NCBI GenBank assembly: GCA_951406725.2
Contig: OX597821.1
Location: 104,222,001 to 104,286,000 of the forward strand
Length of the DNA stretch: 64,000 nt
Origin: Octopus vulgaris
Taxonomy: Eukaryota
Reading direction: 5' to 3'
The position numbers and the translations under genes were made by a program. Numbering within the stretch: position 1 is the first letter of the stretch; every line of letters begins with the position of its first letter. Positions 1 through 13,075 of this stretch are shown piece after piece. Under the pieces are notes generated by a model. It had not been told where the DNA came from and ran no database searches. It saw only the letters and a list, made by a program, of their open reading frames with translations.

Positions 1-540
1 GGTGTCGAAGGCCTCATTGTTTAGAAGGTTGTGTATGGATATGTATGGTAGGGCTTTTGGTTGTAATTCATTCTTCAGTTTGAGATGTCTGGATTCGTGG
101 ATGTTGAGTTGTAGGGCACATTGAAAAACCGACATCGATTAGTGATGGTGGGTAATTCCTGCTGATGAGTGTATCCTTTAACTCATATAGTCGTCAGTCC
201 CTGGTGCTTGTATCTGATACTATAGTGCAAATCCTGTTTGTCAAGTTCAAAGAGATATTCATTCTAGTGAGTTTGTTAGTGTAGCATGTGTTCAAAGGTA
301 GATATTGCTTGGAGTCTGTGGTTTTATTGTACATGTCTGCCTCTATTTTGCTGTTGGAGTTCTTAATGACGATGTTGAAGAATGGGAGCTGTTGGTGGCT
401 ACATTCCATCGTAAATTGAATGTTTATGTCAAGTCCATTTAAAAGTGCTTGAAATAATTTTATTCTGTCTATACCTCTATGCCAATGAATGAGGCAGTCA
501 TCCAGATAACTCTTCTAGTTATTTTGTATGTAAAGGGAGA
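1..540 (-). mobile_element. Penelope-like retroelement reverse transcriptase fragment (decayed)
   Basis: Minus strand reads YLDDCLIHW near 482-510, then LPFFNIVI...ADMYNKTTDSKQYL...RICTIVSD (ORF 194-409). This matches the YxDD/LPFLD/YxKPT pattern of PLE RTs; stops are present and it runs off the window edge. Confidence 0.7.
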
Positions 541-569
541 ATGAATTACCATATTTTCTTAGTACATTA

Positions 570-790
570 CGATATATATATGTGTATATATGTGTATGTA
601 TATATACGCAAACATATATTTACATATGGGTGTATATATACATACATGTATACACACATATATGCATACATCAATGCTTGTATGCATGCATACATACATT
701 CATCAATGTATGCATACGTACATATATGCATACATATATGCATGCATACATACATACATACATACATACATACATACATACATACATACA

Positions 791-824
<34 letters not shown>

Positions 825-830
825 CACTCA
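570..830. repeat. (CATA)n / TA-rich microsatellite
   Basis: Direct reading; source of the HTYI/MYVC ORFs. Confidence 0.95.
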
Positions 831-1549
831 TGCGTATCTCTTCCGAAATCGTAAATAAGGATGATAAATACGGACGACTGCTTCTAACCCTTGTGATTGA
901 ATATCAAGTAAATATATTCACATTTAGGCCAACACAAATTCTTTCACTTGCTCTTGTGAGAAAATGGCAATCTGTATAAGCTGAGGTTTGCAGAAAATTT
1001 TCACGATTATTTATAATACATTACTAATGCAACCCTACCAAGATATGCCTTGCTTTTTAGAAGTTTCATCATAGGATATATTTTCATCCATCCCTAAAAC
1101 CTTTTCTCTGATATCGTAGAAATACTCAGGATGTTGCTAAATATATTGCTAGACAGGATTGTATTTCTTAATTTTACAAGAATGTAAAAACACGTATCTT
1201 GTCCAATTGTAGCCTATAACTTTCGAGAATATCGCGACCTTGGCAATGCTCATCTTTATATCATTCGTGTTCTTGGCATATATTGGTTTTGTGTTCCTGC
1301 GTTCTAATATCTTTGCAACTTACTCAGTAAAGATAATAAGATGTAAGTTGAATTTTTTTTAGTGGGGGAGGTTAGGGGGGGGGCGAGGTTACTGAGTGAC
1401 AGAAACATTGAAATACACTCCAAAAAACTATAAATTATCAGTAACAGTAGAACAATTTCCTGTATTTCAGTTCAAAATAATGGCCTATAACGATGTCATG
1501 TTTTCTATGGGTCTGCGTCAGGGTATCTGAAATATTCTTTTCTACTCTT

Positions 1550-2103
1550 GGACCGACATTTTAGGAGAGGGGATCATTCGATTTGATCGACCCCAGTACG
1601 CAACTGGTACTTAATTTATCAACCCCGAAATGATGAAAGGCAAAGTTGACATCGGTGGAATTTGAACTCAGAATATAGCGGCAGACGAAATAGCTATTTC
1701 TTACTACCCACAAGGGGCTAAACACAGAGGGGACAATCAAGGACAGACAAACGGATTATGTCGATTACATCGACCCCAGTGCGTAACTGGTACTTAATTT
1801 ATCGACCCCGGAAGGATGAAAAGCAAAGTCGACCTCGGCGGGATTTGAACTCAGAACGTAACGGCAGACGAAATACTTATTTCTTTATTACCCACAAGGG
1901 GCTAAACACAGAGAGCACAAACAAGGACAGACAAAGGGATTAAGTCGATTACATCGACCTCAGTGCGTAACTGCCACTTAATTTATCGACCCCGGAAGGA
2001 TGAAAGGCAAAGTCGACCTCGGCGGAATTTGAACTGAAGACAAGCAAAATACCGCTAAGCATTTCACCCGATGTGCTAACGATTCTACCAGCTCGCCGCC
2101 TTA
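1550..2103 (-). mobile_element. tRNA-derived SINE (family A), head-to-tail trimer with a single head
   Basis: Minus strand starts AGGCGGCGAGCTGGTAGAATCGTTAGCA (box A-like). Three copies of GTTCAAATTCCGCC-GAGGTCGACTTTGCCTTTCATCC-GGGGTCGATAAATTAAGTACCAG follow, with junctions near 1694 and 1877. Confidence 0.85.
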
Positions 2104-2760
2104 CATGGGTATTCCGAAATATTAACAAGGTAAAAACGATCTAGCATCGACAAGAAGGGAAAGAAGTGATATATTTTCCTCAGACTCTAACCCATATGAG
2201 TGGATATTTCGTGTGTATATGCGCTGGGGGTTGCTTCTCTCAGCACCAACCAGAGTTGTGTCTCCAATCAGAGCTTGATAGCGACAGTTAAGAAGATAAC
2301 AACAGTGAACTGTCAGGATTTTTTTAACGTACCGGACGATCAAGGAAATTTCTAGTGCTTCCGTATGCTGGAGTCTTTTGAAACTTGCATATCGCAATGA
2401 ATTAAGCATCGATGTTTATTCACAATGTCACAATACACACATATGTCTTAACAGCGAAGTCAGCAGTATGAGTGAGTGAATGAAAGTTTATACAAGTATT
2501 GTTGGATTTACGAAAATTATGTAGCGTCTTAATACAACACAAATCACTGTTTCTAGAAAGATAATAATCTAAACGGCTGATCAATTAAATTACACTCTTG
2601 ATGTATCTTTTTTTAAGGATCGCTTCAATCTATCCTGCTCTTTGCCTACGTAATGAGTATTTTATTTGGGTCCATGCCCGAAAGCAAAGCAATCAGTGAG
2701 CAATGACTTTTTCCCAGTTAGCTATACTACATAGCTTTTATTCAATAACTCGATAACCTA

Positions 2761-4008
2761 TGTTATCAAAATATTATTGGATTTCAGTGACATGAATGCC
2801 GTATACTAGAAGTTAATTTCCGGCTAGCTAAATCTGTATCGAGCATTGAACTCCTGCTGTTTCTCTTCTAGAATTTTCTATTAATAAAATCTCATGAGAC
2901 TCATATGCAACACGTGTATCTTTTAAAATCAATGGTAGGAAACACGTTCTTACACTGCGTAAGGGATGTAATATATATCAACGATACCATTTCTGAAGGT
3001 AGGACGTAAAACTATATTAATATACTGATTTTAAATTCTACATTCGACCAGCATTAAAAGAGCTCCGACGTAAATTTTCATATGAAAGGACTACATTCGA
3101 TCATTTTAGATTATTGTTGCTTCGTCATACTGAAATCACGATCAGTCATATTTGTAAGTAGTGCCACACTCGTTGTTTTAAATCGTTGAGGATTTAGGAT
3201 TCCATTATCCAAAGTCACTGTTTTAAAACAAGCATGTGGCATGAAGGATATTTCGTTGTTCTTTCTAGCAGCTCAAGCGACTACATGTCACTTTTGTGTC
3301 GGTCCATTTAACATTTGTTTTATCACAACGAGGCATCTGTTAACGACGATTACGTATTTAAAAGCCAATTAGAAAACGGTTTCATTCACATTGAAAGTCT
3401 AAAACATATGTTTATGGGTCAGTCGTTTGCACAGCTAAAATCCAATATGGCTACACGTCAATAATTATTCCTTTTGTGTTATTTTTGTTGAGTAGAGTCC
3501 TGATTTAACCTACAAATAGCACCTTTGCTTATAGAAAATATCTGACAAATTAAAAGAAAACCTTTTTCTAAAAATGCTGCCAGGATGATAAGTAAGCTTC
3601 CGTAAAATTTAAACAATCTTTAAAAATCCCTCCCCGAAAGCTCTATCAAGAAAACACTTTTGGAATTAGAAACGTATAAGACCACTTTTACAGTACCCCG
3701 GGTGACAGTATACAAGAATATTTCTGCGACCTGAATTGGCATTCAGCAGATTTCAGATATTATCTACAGCCATAAACTTAGAATGTCACGACCCGTCTTT
3801 GTTACGACACACATGTTATCAAGATATTATTGGTTTTAAATGAAATGAATGTCGTAGAATAGAGGTTAATATCCGGCGAGCCAAATCGCTATTGTGCATT
3901 GTACTGCTACTGCAAATCTTCTAGTCAATTCTATTATTAAAATCACATGAAAGTCAGAAGCTTCACATATATCTTTTAAAATCTAAGGTAGGAAACAAAT
4001 CCTTACAC
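2761..4008 (+). repeat. Pair of diverged 195-bp direct repeats (2761-2955 and 3814-4008)
   Basis: Gap-free hand alignment, about 42 mismatches in 195 bp. Confidence 0.85.
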
Positions 4009-5984
4009 ACACTTGGTAACCGATTTCAATTAAATGGCATTTCCGTTTTGTTATTTTCGCATTTTCATCTACTTTTATCATTCTCTATCAATGCAATCTT
4101 TTCATATTCCTATGAGCTAGTCTTCTTTGAAACTAGACTAAGTTAGTATTGCTGATAATTATCTCGTCGATTTTCTATACAGTATCCGCTTTGATCGAAA
4201 CAATCGACTCCTGCTTGCTCACATGCACTCTGAGGCACACGTGCAGTTTCATAATTATATGATTCGTATAGAATGATTTATTGTCTCTATCTATCTATCT
4301 ATCTATCCATCAGTCTATCTTTTTATATCTTCCTCCCTCCGTCCATCTCTCTCCCTTTCTATCTTTATATATCTGATAACAATATGATGGGTTATCTCAA
4401 GTGAATTTTGTAACGTTTAGAATATCAAATTCCAGAAGTGTAATCTGGTATAAACTAAAAGTATGATGTAAGAGAATCTACCAAAATATTTAGATACAGA
4501 ATTTTGAAAAAGTTTCTATACTTATAATGCTACAACTTTTGGTTTCAATGTTTTGTATATGTAATCATAAATGCATTGATTTTATCATGTCCCCATTCGC
4601 TAGTGTTTTAGTAAAACACTTTTTGCCAATCTAATATTGTAACTTTTCCTTATGGTATTTAAAAAAGTATTTGTACCGCTTGTGTTTTTATTATTTATAC
4701 AACAATTATAGCTGGTATAATGCCAGTGATTGTGATTTCCATCAAGCGTCGCTTCCTCAATGTTTTATCTCCTGTTTAGGAAGATAAACGAGGAAACTGT
4801 AAGCAAGAGATACAATTTTGAACAACCTATTAACCGAAATCATTTGGTAGTTTCATTACCAGTAGCAATAATTTATCTATTTGGAGACTACCGCGTTCAG
4901 ATCGATCGTCTCTAAGATGTTGCACAATTACAGCGATACCATCACGCACGAAAAATTGACAGCTTTCATAAATAAAATTTATGTGCGTAGCTAACCGTCC
5001 TCTGCATATGTACCATTTACAAAGTTATATATTCAAATAGATTTTATTTGAAAAAAGAAAAAGTTTTTTTTATCTCTGTTGAATACATTTCGACAATTTT
5101 TGGTCGATAAACTGCAAAATATGAAAGTATCTTTCCAGTTGTAGCCACACGAGATAGCGTTTTGGAAATATTTTGTGCCATAAATTTCCTTTCAAAGAAA
5201 TGTCGGTAATAATATTGTAACCAAATGGGAATTAAACTGCCAAGACCTTTGCTTAGCCTCTATGAATAATATTTCAGCTTTCTAGAAAATATAACGATCA
5301 CCAATGGTCTATTAAATGTAACCTAAACCATTATTCTACATTACACTTCTACTTTGCATCAAAACCTAATATAACATACATAAATTTGATATGTACGTGG
5401 TGTTAATCATATATATTGCTTATTAGAGTGGTCAAATGTCAGTGTTTATATGGCTTGGAGAACTAGCAGATATATAACAAGCTGTTAAACTTACAGGCTT
5501 TCTAAGTACAGGGTAGTGCAAGTAACAGTTTGATTGCCGTTTACACTCAGAATCAAAAAGTCACCTAACTACAATATACGTATTAAACTGAATTCCTGAA
5601 AGTGTGGTGATCTACGTCGGGGAATTATACAACAAATTAATGACGGCGGTACATCCGTAAGTCGTATGGAAAAGGGGGATCTGAAAGCAGAGAGAGAGAG
5701 AGAGAGAAAAAAAACCCAATTATTTGCAAGTGTAAATTGAAAGAGTTCTTTGTATCTGTCGGGAGATGAAACAGATTCTAACGCTAGAATCCATTTCCAC
5801 AAAATATACACACGTTAGCAAATATCATGAACTTCCGTGTATGCCTTTAGATATTAGATTATTGTCGTTAAGTTTGGCATATATTAAATTCTAATGCAGA
5901 TCAAAAATTTAAGTAATAAACAATTGTAAAATATTTTTGATAGATATATTCTATGCCAACGAATATATTATTGTTTTTAGCTTC

Positions 5985-6337
5985 CTCTTACTTATTTTAG
6001 TCATTGGACAGTGGCTACCCCTTGATGTGTCTTTTTTGAAGCTTGTTACCTATGCTATTGGTGTCTTTTGCAAACTGGTAATTTATAGGGACGTAGACGA
6101 ACTAACACCATTTGTCAAGACGGGGTGAAGACTAGCACAAACACAGACACAAAGGCACACACAAATACACACACACACATATACGAAGGAATTCCATACT
6201 GCTTCTCTCCACCAAATTCACTTGCAAGGCATTCGTTAACCCGGGGCTCTACTAGAAGACACTTACCCAAGATGCAACACAGTGGGACGTAACCTGAAAA
6301 TAACTGGTTACAAAGTGATTGCCTTCGCTACGCAACC
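5985..6337 (-). mobile_element. Decayed composite SINE (family B)
   Basis: Reverse complement resembles the family B copies at 15106-15520 and 29565-29975 (CTTGGGTAAGTGTCTTCTAGTAG body, internal CA microsatellite, ...AATGACTAAAATAAGTAAGAG tail). Confidence 0.65.
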
Positions 6338-6369
6338 ATGATCTTTGTCATTAAGTATGTATGTATGTA

Positions 6370-6441
6370 CCTATCTATCTATTTATCTATCTATCTAACC
6401 ATATGTCTTCCTATGTGTCTATCTGTCTGTCTATCTATAAT

Positions 6442-6506
<65 letters not shown>

Positions 6507-6511
6507 TTATG

Positions 6512-6563
<52 letters not shown>

Positions 6564-6605
6564 AATCTATCTATCTATTTATCTATCTATCTACCTATCG
6601 ATATA
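6370..6605. repeat. (TCTA)n microsatellite at the left flank of the Helitron
   Basis: Direct reading. Confidence 0.95.
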
Positions 6606-9600
6606 TCTCTCTATATATAAACGGCAGTTTGTCTGTGCGTGCTTCTGTGTGTCTGTTTTCTCGTACCCTCACCCTGACCACGGCTTTCAACCGATTCTGA
6701 TGAAACTTGACACACACATAGCCCAATGTCATAATTCAAAACTAACGCAGCGAAAATTTTGAAAAGTTCCCCCAGTTCTGAAAAAAATTGATAAATTCGA
6801 CATGGGGTCGAGAATCATAAACATGAACCACAGACTGTCTAGGGGACGCAACTCGAGAATCTAAGCTTTTTTTATGCAACGCATTATCTATGGTAGTTTT
6901 CACAACTTGCAATCGATTTTCACCAAACTCATGGTGAAGCTTAATGTTACCCTAAGAAACTCAATTCTGACGTTAGTTTTCCATGCAATACCTTACCATC
7001 AGAAACAATCGATAAAATCATGCCATTTTGGGAAATCGCGTTCAAATTCAAGATGACATATTTTCGACAATATCTTTCACAAATTGGCAGGAATCTTTTT
7101 TTTTTTCACAACGAGCATCATGTCTGCTCCAAGGAGCTATATAGCCCTTTTTATTCCAATAGGATACATTATTGGAAAAAATCGGTTAATTTAATCATAT
7201 GTGGCACACATAGCAAACAAATTTGTGTATTAAACACAAACCAGACTGTCTAGGGGACGCAACTTGACCTTTTTAGCTATCGATAATTCGATCCAACCAA
7301 TTCCTACCAGGAAGAAATTACATTCGAGACTTTATCCCCAACACCGCCACTTCTGCTAATAGCTGCTGCAGCCGCAAGTTATTCGAATACTTTTTTGGTT
7401 TAAACTTTCTTTATAACTACCACCCCAAACGTTTTACCTTCAATTTTTGACGTACCCTAACGGTCCTCGGACGCTACTTGCAAACTCTTGGTTTATTATA
7501 AACCACTTTTGTCGTGTGCATCAAACAACTTTTCCTTTCGTTTGTTCAGTTTGATCACTTTTGACTTTTTCGTTGTTGTCACTCACATTGCTGCCAGCTT
7601 TTTGGCCGTTTTTGTACATTTTTATACATTTTCGGATACTTACCCCACGAGCTCCTTTTTATTACACCTTTACCAAACACATTGCTATCCACCAAAATAC
7701 TTACCCCACGTGTTCCTTTTTATTACACCTTTGCCAAACACATTGCTATCCACCAAAATGCCACCCAAGAAGAGAAGGACCCTCCTCAGCCCTCGGACGG
7801 CCAAGGCATCGGCTGCTAGGGCTAGAAGGGCACGCGAGACCCACGAGGAAACCGCCTTGCGCCTCTCGCAAACAGCTTCCCGTTATGCCGCTGCTCAGGC
7901 ATCTGAAACTACTAGCGACCGTTCTACCCGACTTGCAAGGGTCGCAGCGTACAGATCTTCCCTCCGCTCGAGGTTGACGAAAGAGCAACAGTCCAGCCAA
8001 AACATGCGGGCTTCTTACTGTGCTTCCATCCGCAGAGCTCGCGAGAACCCCGAACAAAGGGCCATTCGGAATGCGGCTAACGCCACTAGCACTGCCAGGA
8101 CACGATCTGTCGAAACCTCACAGCAGAGGAGAACTCGCCAAGATGCTGACGCCGCAAACAAAGCCATGGCCAAAGCTGCCGAAACACCTAAACAGAGGAG
8201 AGCTCGCCAAGCTGCTAACGCCGCAAACACAGCCAGGGCTCGATCTGCCGAAACTCCACACCAACGGACTATTCGGACATCCAGACATGCCATTAACACT
8301 GCTTCTGCTAGGGCTTCAGAGGGTGCTGAGGCGAGAGCTGAAAGGCTTTCAAGGGATGCCACTGCTACCGCTGTCGCACGTGCATCTGAATCTGCTGAGG
8401 CACGGTGCACTCGACTTGAGAGTATCAACAAACGTCGAGATATCATTCGTGGTGTACGTACCCCTGCCCACGCTTTCTGGTTGTCACTAGCATTCAACTA
8501 CGACGCCACAATTAACTTCTCCTTGCGTGACGACATCAAGATAGGGTCAATGACAATTGTATGCCAGTTTTGCAAAGCCAAGAAATGGCCCGGAGAGCCA
8601 CCTGGTTTGTGCTGCTCTGGTGGCAAAGTGGACCTGCCACCCCTACGGGAACCACCTCAACCACTGAAGGATCTCGCGGCGGGTTTAACCCCCGATTCGT
8701 CACAATTCCTTGAAATAATTCGAAAGTACAACTGCTCATTCCAAATGACCTCTTTCGGGGCCAAAATTCCTCCCAGAGAAGGCTGGATGCCTACTTTCAA
8801 AGTGCAGGGACAGGTCTACCATCTTATTGGGTCACTTCTGCCAGACGAGATTCAGCAGTCTTCTTTCCTCCAAATATACTTCATTGCCGACTACAACCAC
8901 CAGGTTGATGCACGCCTTGGAATAATACCGGGTACAAGCTATGTTCCTCGCAAAGACATTCTTCTCCGACTCCAAACCATGCTTCATGATATCAACAGCT
9001 ACGTCTGCAGCTTCAGATATGCCTTGGACAGTGCTCCATCTCCAAACTTCACCGTTGTCATTGATGCTGATAAACGACCCTACGGGGAGCACGAACGCCG
9101 TTTCAACGCACCTGCGTGCAACGAAATTGCCGCAGTTATACACGGAGAGCAACACAACAGCCGTGACATAATCATCTCCTCCCGTGGTAACAACCTACAC
9201 AGTATCAGCGAGACTCACAGATCTTATGACGCGCTTCAGTATCCATTGCTTTTCCCTTATGGGGAAGACGGCTACCACTTCGGAATTCCTTTACGGCAGC
9301 CCTCCAATCAAACTACTGCGGCATCAAAGACGGTTTCCTGCAGGGCGTTCTACTCATACCGGTTCATGGTCAGAGAGGGTGAGTTCAACTTATTGCCCCG
9401 TTGTCGTCAGCTATTCAACCAGTTCGCCGTCGACATGGCCGCAAAAATGGAATCGGAAAGGCTGCTATACATTAAACTTAATCAGACCAAACTTCGCTCC
9501 GACTCCTACATTCATCTCCGTGACGGTTTGCAACAAGAAAATGACCCTCGCAACATCGGCAAGCCATGCATTCTACCCTCCACCTTCACGGGAGGACCGC

Positions 9601-12600
9601 GATATATGCGTGAAAGGACCCAAGACGCCTTGACCTACGTGCGCATTTACGGCCGGCCGGACCTCTTTATCACCTACACGTGCAATCCCAGCTGCGACGA
9701 AATCACTCCCGGGTCAATCTCACACCCATCGACACGACATCGTTGCTAGGGTTTTCCGTCTGAATTTGGGCAAAATGAAGGATTTGATAGTTAAGGGTCA
9801 GATTTTCGGGCATGTCAGGTGCCACATGTTTTCGGTCGAGTGGCAAAAGAGGGGCTTGCCACATGCTCACATCTTAATTTGGCTCACTCATAAAATCGAG
9901 ACTAATGACATTGACAAATTCATTTCCGCCGAGATTCCTGACCCCGATGAGGACCCCGGACTCTACGAAATTGTCCGCACTACCATGGTACACGGGCCCT
10001 GTGGACCAAATTACGCCAACACACCATGCTACAAAAACGGATTAGCCTGCTCAAAGGGATTCCCTAAACGGTTCACTTTGGAGACTCAAACAGGCGGTGA
10101 TGGGTATCCGCTGTACAAACGAAGGAGTCCAGCCAATGGAGGCCGCACGATTACGGTTGGGCGACATCAAGTGGACAACAGCTACATTGTCCCCTACTGT
10201 CCTCTCCTGTCGAAGATATTCAAAGCCCACGTCAACGTTGAGTTCTGCAGCTCCATCAGGTCAATACAATATGTCTGCAAATATATCAACAAAGGCAGCG
10301 ATGCTGCCATGTTCAGCATCCAGAGGACCACCAGTCGCGACGAAGTGTCCAACTACTTGGCTGGCCGGTACCTCGGCAGCAACGAAGCGTTTTGGCGCAT
10401 TTACGGCTTCCCGCTCCATCAGAGACACCCGGCTGTGGTGCAGCTTGCTGTACACTTGGAAAATGGACAGCGGATTTACTTCACAGAGCAAAGTGCTGTG
10501 CAGATAGCCACCAGCCCTAAAGACACAACGTTGACTGGTTTCTTCAAATTATGCCAACGTGATGACTTCGCTCGAACGCTTTTGTACCCACAGGTCCCAT
10601 CGTACTTCGTGTGGTCTAAAAACACCTGGGTTCGACGGAAATCCGGCAAAAACGTCGAAAGCTTCACAGGCGTCAAGTTTGACTCCTGCCTGGGTCGAGT
10701 TTACAACATCCCGCCAAACCAGCAAGAATGCTTCTACCTCCGTCTCCTTCTACATGAGGTCACTGGTCCAACAGGTTTCGGCAATATACGTACCGTCAAT
10801 GGGGTTCTGTGCGACACCTTCAGGGAAGCATGTATGAGACTTGGCCTTCTAGAGGATGACTCCCAGTGGGACGCCACGATGGCAGAGGGTGCTTTACTGC
10901 AAACGCATTCGGCCCTACGACATCTTTTCGCAATCCTTATTCAAAAATGTCAGCTTAGTGATCCACTAAGTCTCTGGATGGAATACAGGGATGACATGTC
11001 GCACGACTTCTTACGTACGGCTCAGCAACACTGCCCTTCCGCCGAGATCACGTTCACCAACTTCATTTACAATTTTGCGCTCATTCAACTCGAAGACGCT
11101 GTCATCGATATGGGTGGGTCTGCTTTAACAGAGTACGGCCTTCCACCACCCACACGTGAACACGCCAATGTTATGTCTGCTGAATTGTTACGCGAAACTT
11201 CCTACTGCATTGAGGAACTGCACCAGTACGTCCAAGATAATGAACCACGGCTGCTTCCAGACCAGCGCATAGCCTACAACACCATCGTAGACTCTGTCAG
11301 ACAGCAACGTGGGGGGATTTTCTTCCTTGATGCACCCGGCGGCACTGGCAAAACCTTCGTCACTAAACTAATTCTGGCAGAGGTCAGACGCAACACGGAC
11401 ATTGCCCTGGCTGTAGCTTCCTCTGGTATCGCGGCCACGTTGCTTCCGGGTGGCAGAACCGCCCACTCTGCCTTCAGACTCCCGCTCGATCTGGCAAAGT
11501 CCGAGTCACCTATCTGCAACATCGCCAAGAACTCAGAACAGGCCGACATTCTGCGCAGATGCAAACTCATCGTATGGGACGAGTGCACTATGGCACACAA
11601 AGGCGCCCTTGAGGCACTGGACAGGTCCCTGCAAGACATCAGAGACTCTACGGCCCCCATGGGAGGATTAACTTTACTTCTTTCAGGAGACTTCAGGCAG
11701 ACTCTACCTGTTATTCCAAAAGGAACCCATGCCGATGCCGTGCGCGCGTGCCTTAAGTCGTCAGCTCTTTGGGCACATGTGCGGCCCTTGCACCTCCAAA
11801 CTAACATGCGCGCGCAGTTAATTGGTGACAGCGGATCCGCTGCATTCTCCAGGGACCTCTTATCGCTCGGTGAAAATAGGATGCTGTCTGATGCGGATGG
11901 CTACGTTCAATTGGACTCACTTTGCACCATTGTCGACACCCCTGCTAGCCTCCGGGACGCTGTCTTCCACGACCTACAAAACAATTTACGCGACCTAAAA
12001 TGGCTGGCAGGCAGAGCTATTCTCGCACCCAAAAATACAACCGTCAACTCCATCAATATCCAGCTACTTGAAGCTATTCCTGTGATGTCCACGTCTACAA
12101 ATCTATAGATAGGACAGCAGACCCCGCCCAGCTTGCCGATTATCCTGTTGAATTCCTGAATTCACTTGAACCGCCAGGCCTGCCACCACACATCCTGAAG
12201 TTAAAAGTCGGTGCGCCCATTATGCTCATCAGGAATTTGGTTCCACCTAAACAGTGCAACGGCACACGTTTGGTTGTGAAACATTTGGCACCACATTTAA
12301 TAACGGCCACAATACTTACCGATTGTGGGAAGGGAGAGGACGTCTTCATTCCACGGATGCACCTTCAACCGTCGGGCGCTGACCTACCAATCCACTTCAG
12401 GCGTTCTCAGTTTCCTGTTAAACTCTGCTTCGCAATGTCCATCAATAAATCCCAAGGCCAAACGCTACAAGTCGCTGGGTTACATTTGGGCGAACAGTGC
12501 TTCGCCCACGGTCAACTCTACGTGGGCTGTTCACGCGTTGGGAGGCGCAATGATGTTTTCATGTTTTCGCCCAAACGGACAGCTAGGAACATCGTATATA

Positions 12601-12739
12601 CAGAAGTATTCCAGTGAAGACAAGACATTGCAACGTCCACATGCACCTTCGTTCCCTGGAGGGAAAGGACTACATTGGGATTAGTCGTTGCCTACTAGGG
12701 GCTCTTACATACCCGGGCAATGCCGGGCTATGCTGCTAG
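6606..12739 (+). mobile_element. Autonomous-type Helitron (rolling-circle transposon), full length
   Basis: 5' A|TCTCTCTATATATAAACGG; 3' GC-rich hairpin CCCGGGCAATGCCGGG (12712-12727) followed by CTAG|T (12736-12740); inserted in an AT dinucleotide without TSD; encodes Rep-Helicase. The 5' boundary is uncertain by a few bases. Confidence 0.92.
7758..12617 (+). pseudogene. Helitron Rep-Helicase (HUH Rep + Pif1-family SF1 helicase) with two frameshifts
   Basis: MPPKKRR start; 23-aa repeats; CQFC...CC Zn motif; LPSTFTGGPRYM; TYTCNP; HUH motif VEWQKRGLPHAHIL; catalytic YVCKYINKG; Walker A DAPGGTGKT; WDEC; GDFRQTLP; [11 protein letters not shown]; [11 protein letters not shown]. Frameshifts near 9710 (EIT/PGQSHTHRHDIVARVF) and 12082 ([13 protein letters not shown]). 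Confidence 0.93.
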
Positions 12740-12851
12740 TATATGTTTATATATTCATATATCTATAAATATATGTATATATCTATATATATATACACAT
12801 TTTATATACATACTTACACACATGCAGACACACATTTGTATATGTATGTGA

Positions 12852-12887
<36 letters not shown>

Positions 12888-12888
<1 letters not shown>

Positions 12889-13030
12889 CAGAGCGTGCTT
12901 GTGTGGTACAAATCTTGATTTCAATCACATGGTTTCGGGTTCAGTCAGCACTATGTAACACCTTGGGCAAGTATGTTGTACAATAACCTCGGACCGACGA
13001 AAAGTCGGAAACTAAAAGAAGCCTGTCGGA
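12888..13030 (+). mobile_element. Truncated SINE family B fragment
   Basis: CACATGGTTTCGGGTTCAGTC (box B-like), CCTTGGGCAAGT, GGAAACTAAAAGAAGCCTGTCG. Confidence 0.6.
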
Positions 13031-13075
13031 TATATATAGGAACAGGCATGGCTGTGTGGTAAGAAGCTTGCTTCC

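Noticed and set aside
541-979. ORFs rich in YI/HT/MYVC/YLSI or poly-I/L/S/E, here and throughout the window
   Set aside because: Translations of di-, tri- and tetranucleotide microsatellites, not genes.
1550-2103. CRISPR-like repeat array
   Set aside because: Units are ~185-bp SINE bodies without unique spacers; eukaryotic context and no cas genes.
7488-7757. N-terminal 90-aa extension of the Helitron ORF
   Set aside because: Starts at TTG, spans the 61-bp tandem repeat and is low complexity; ATG 7758 (MPPKKRR) is the plausible eukaryotic start.
7561-12684. Overlapping and antisense ORFs within the Helitron
   Set aside because: Expected shadow ORFs of GC-rich coding sequence; no motifs.
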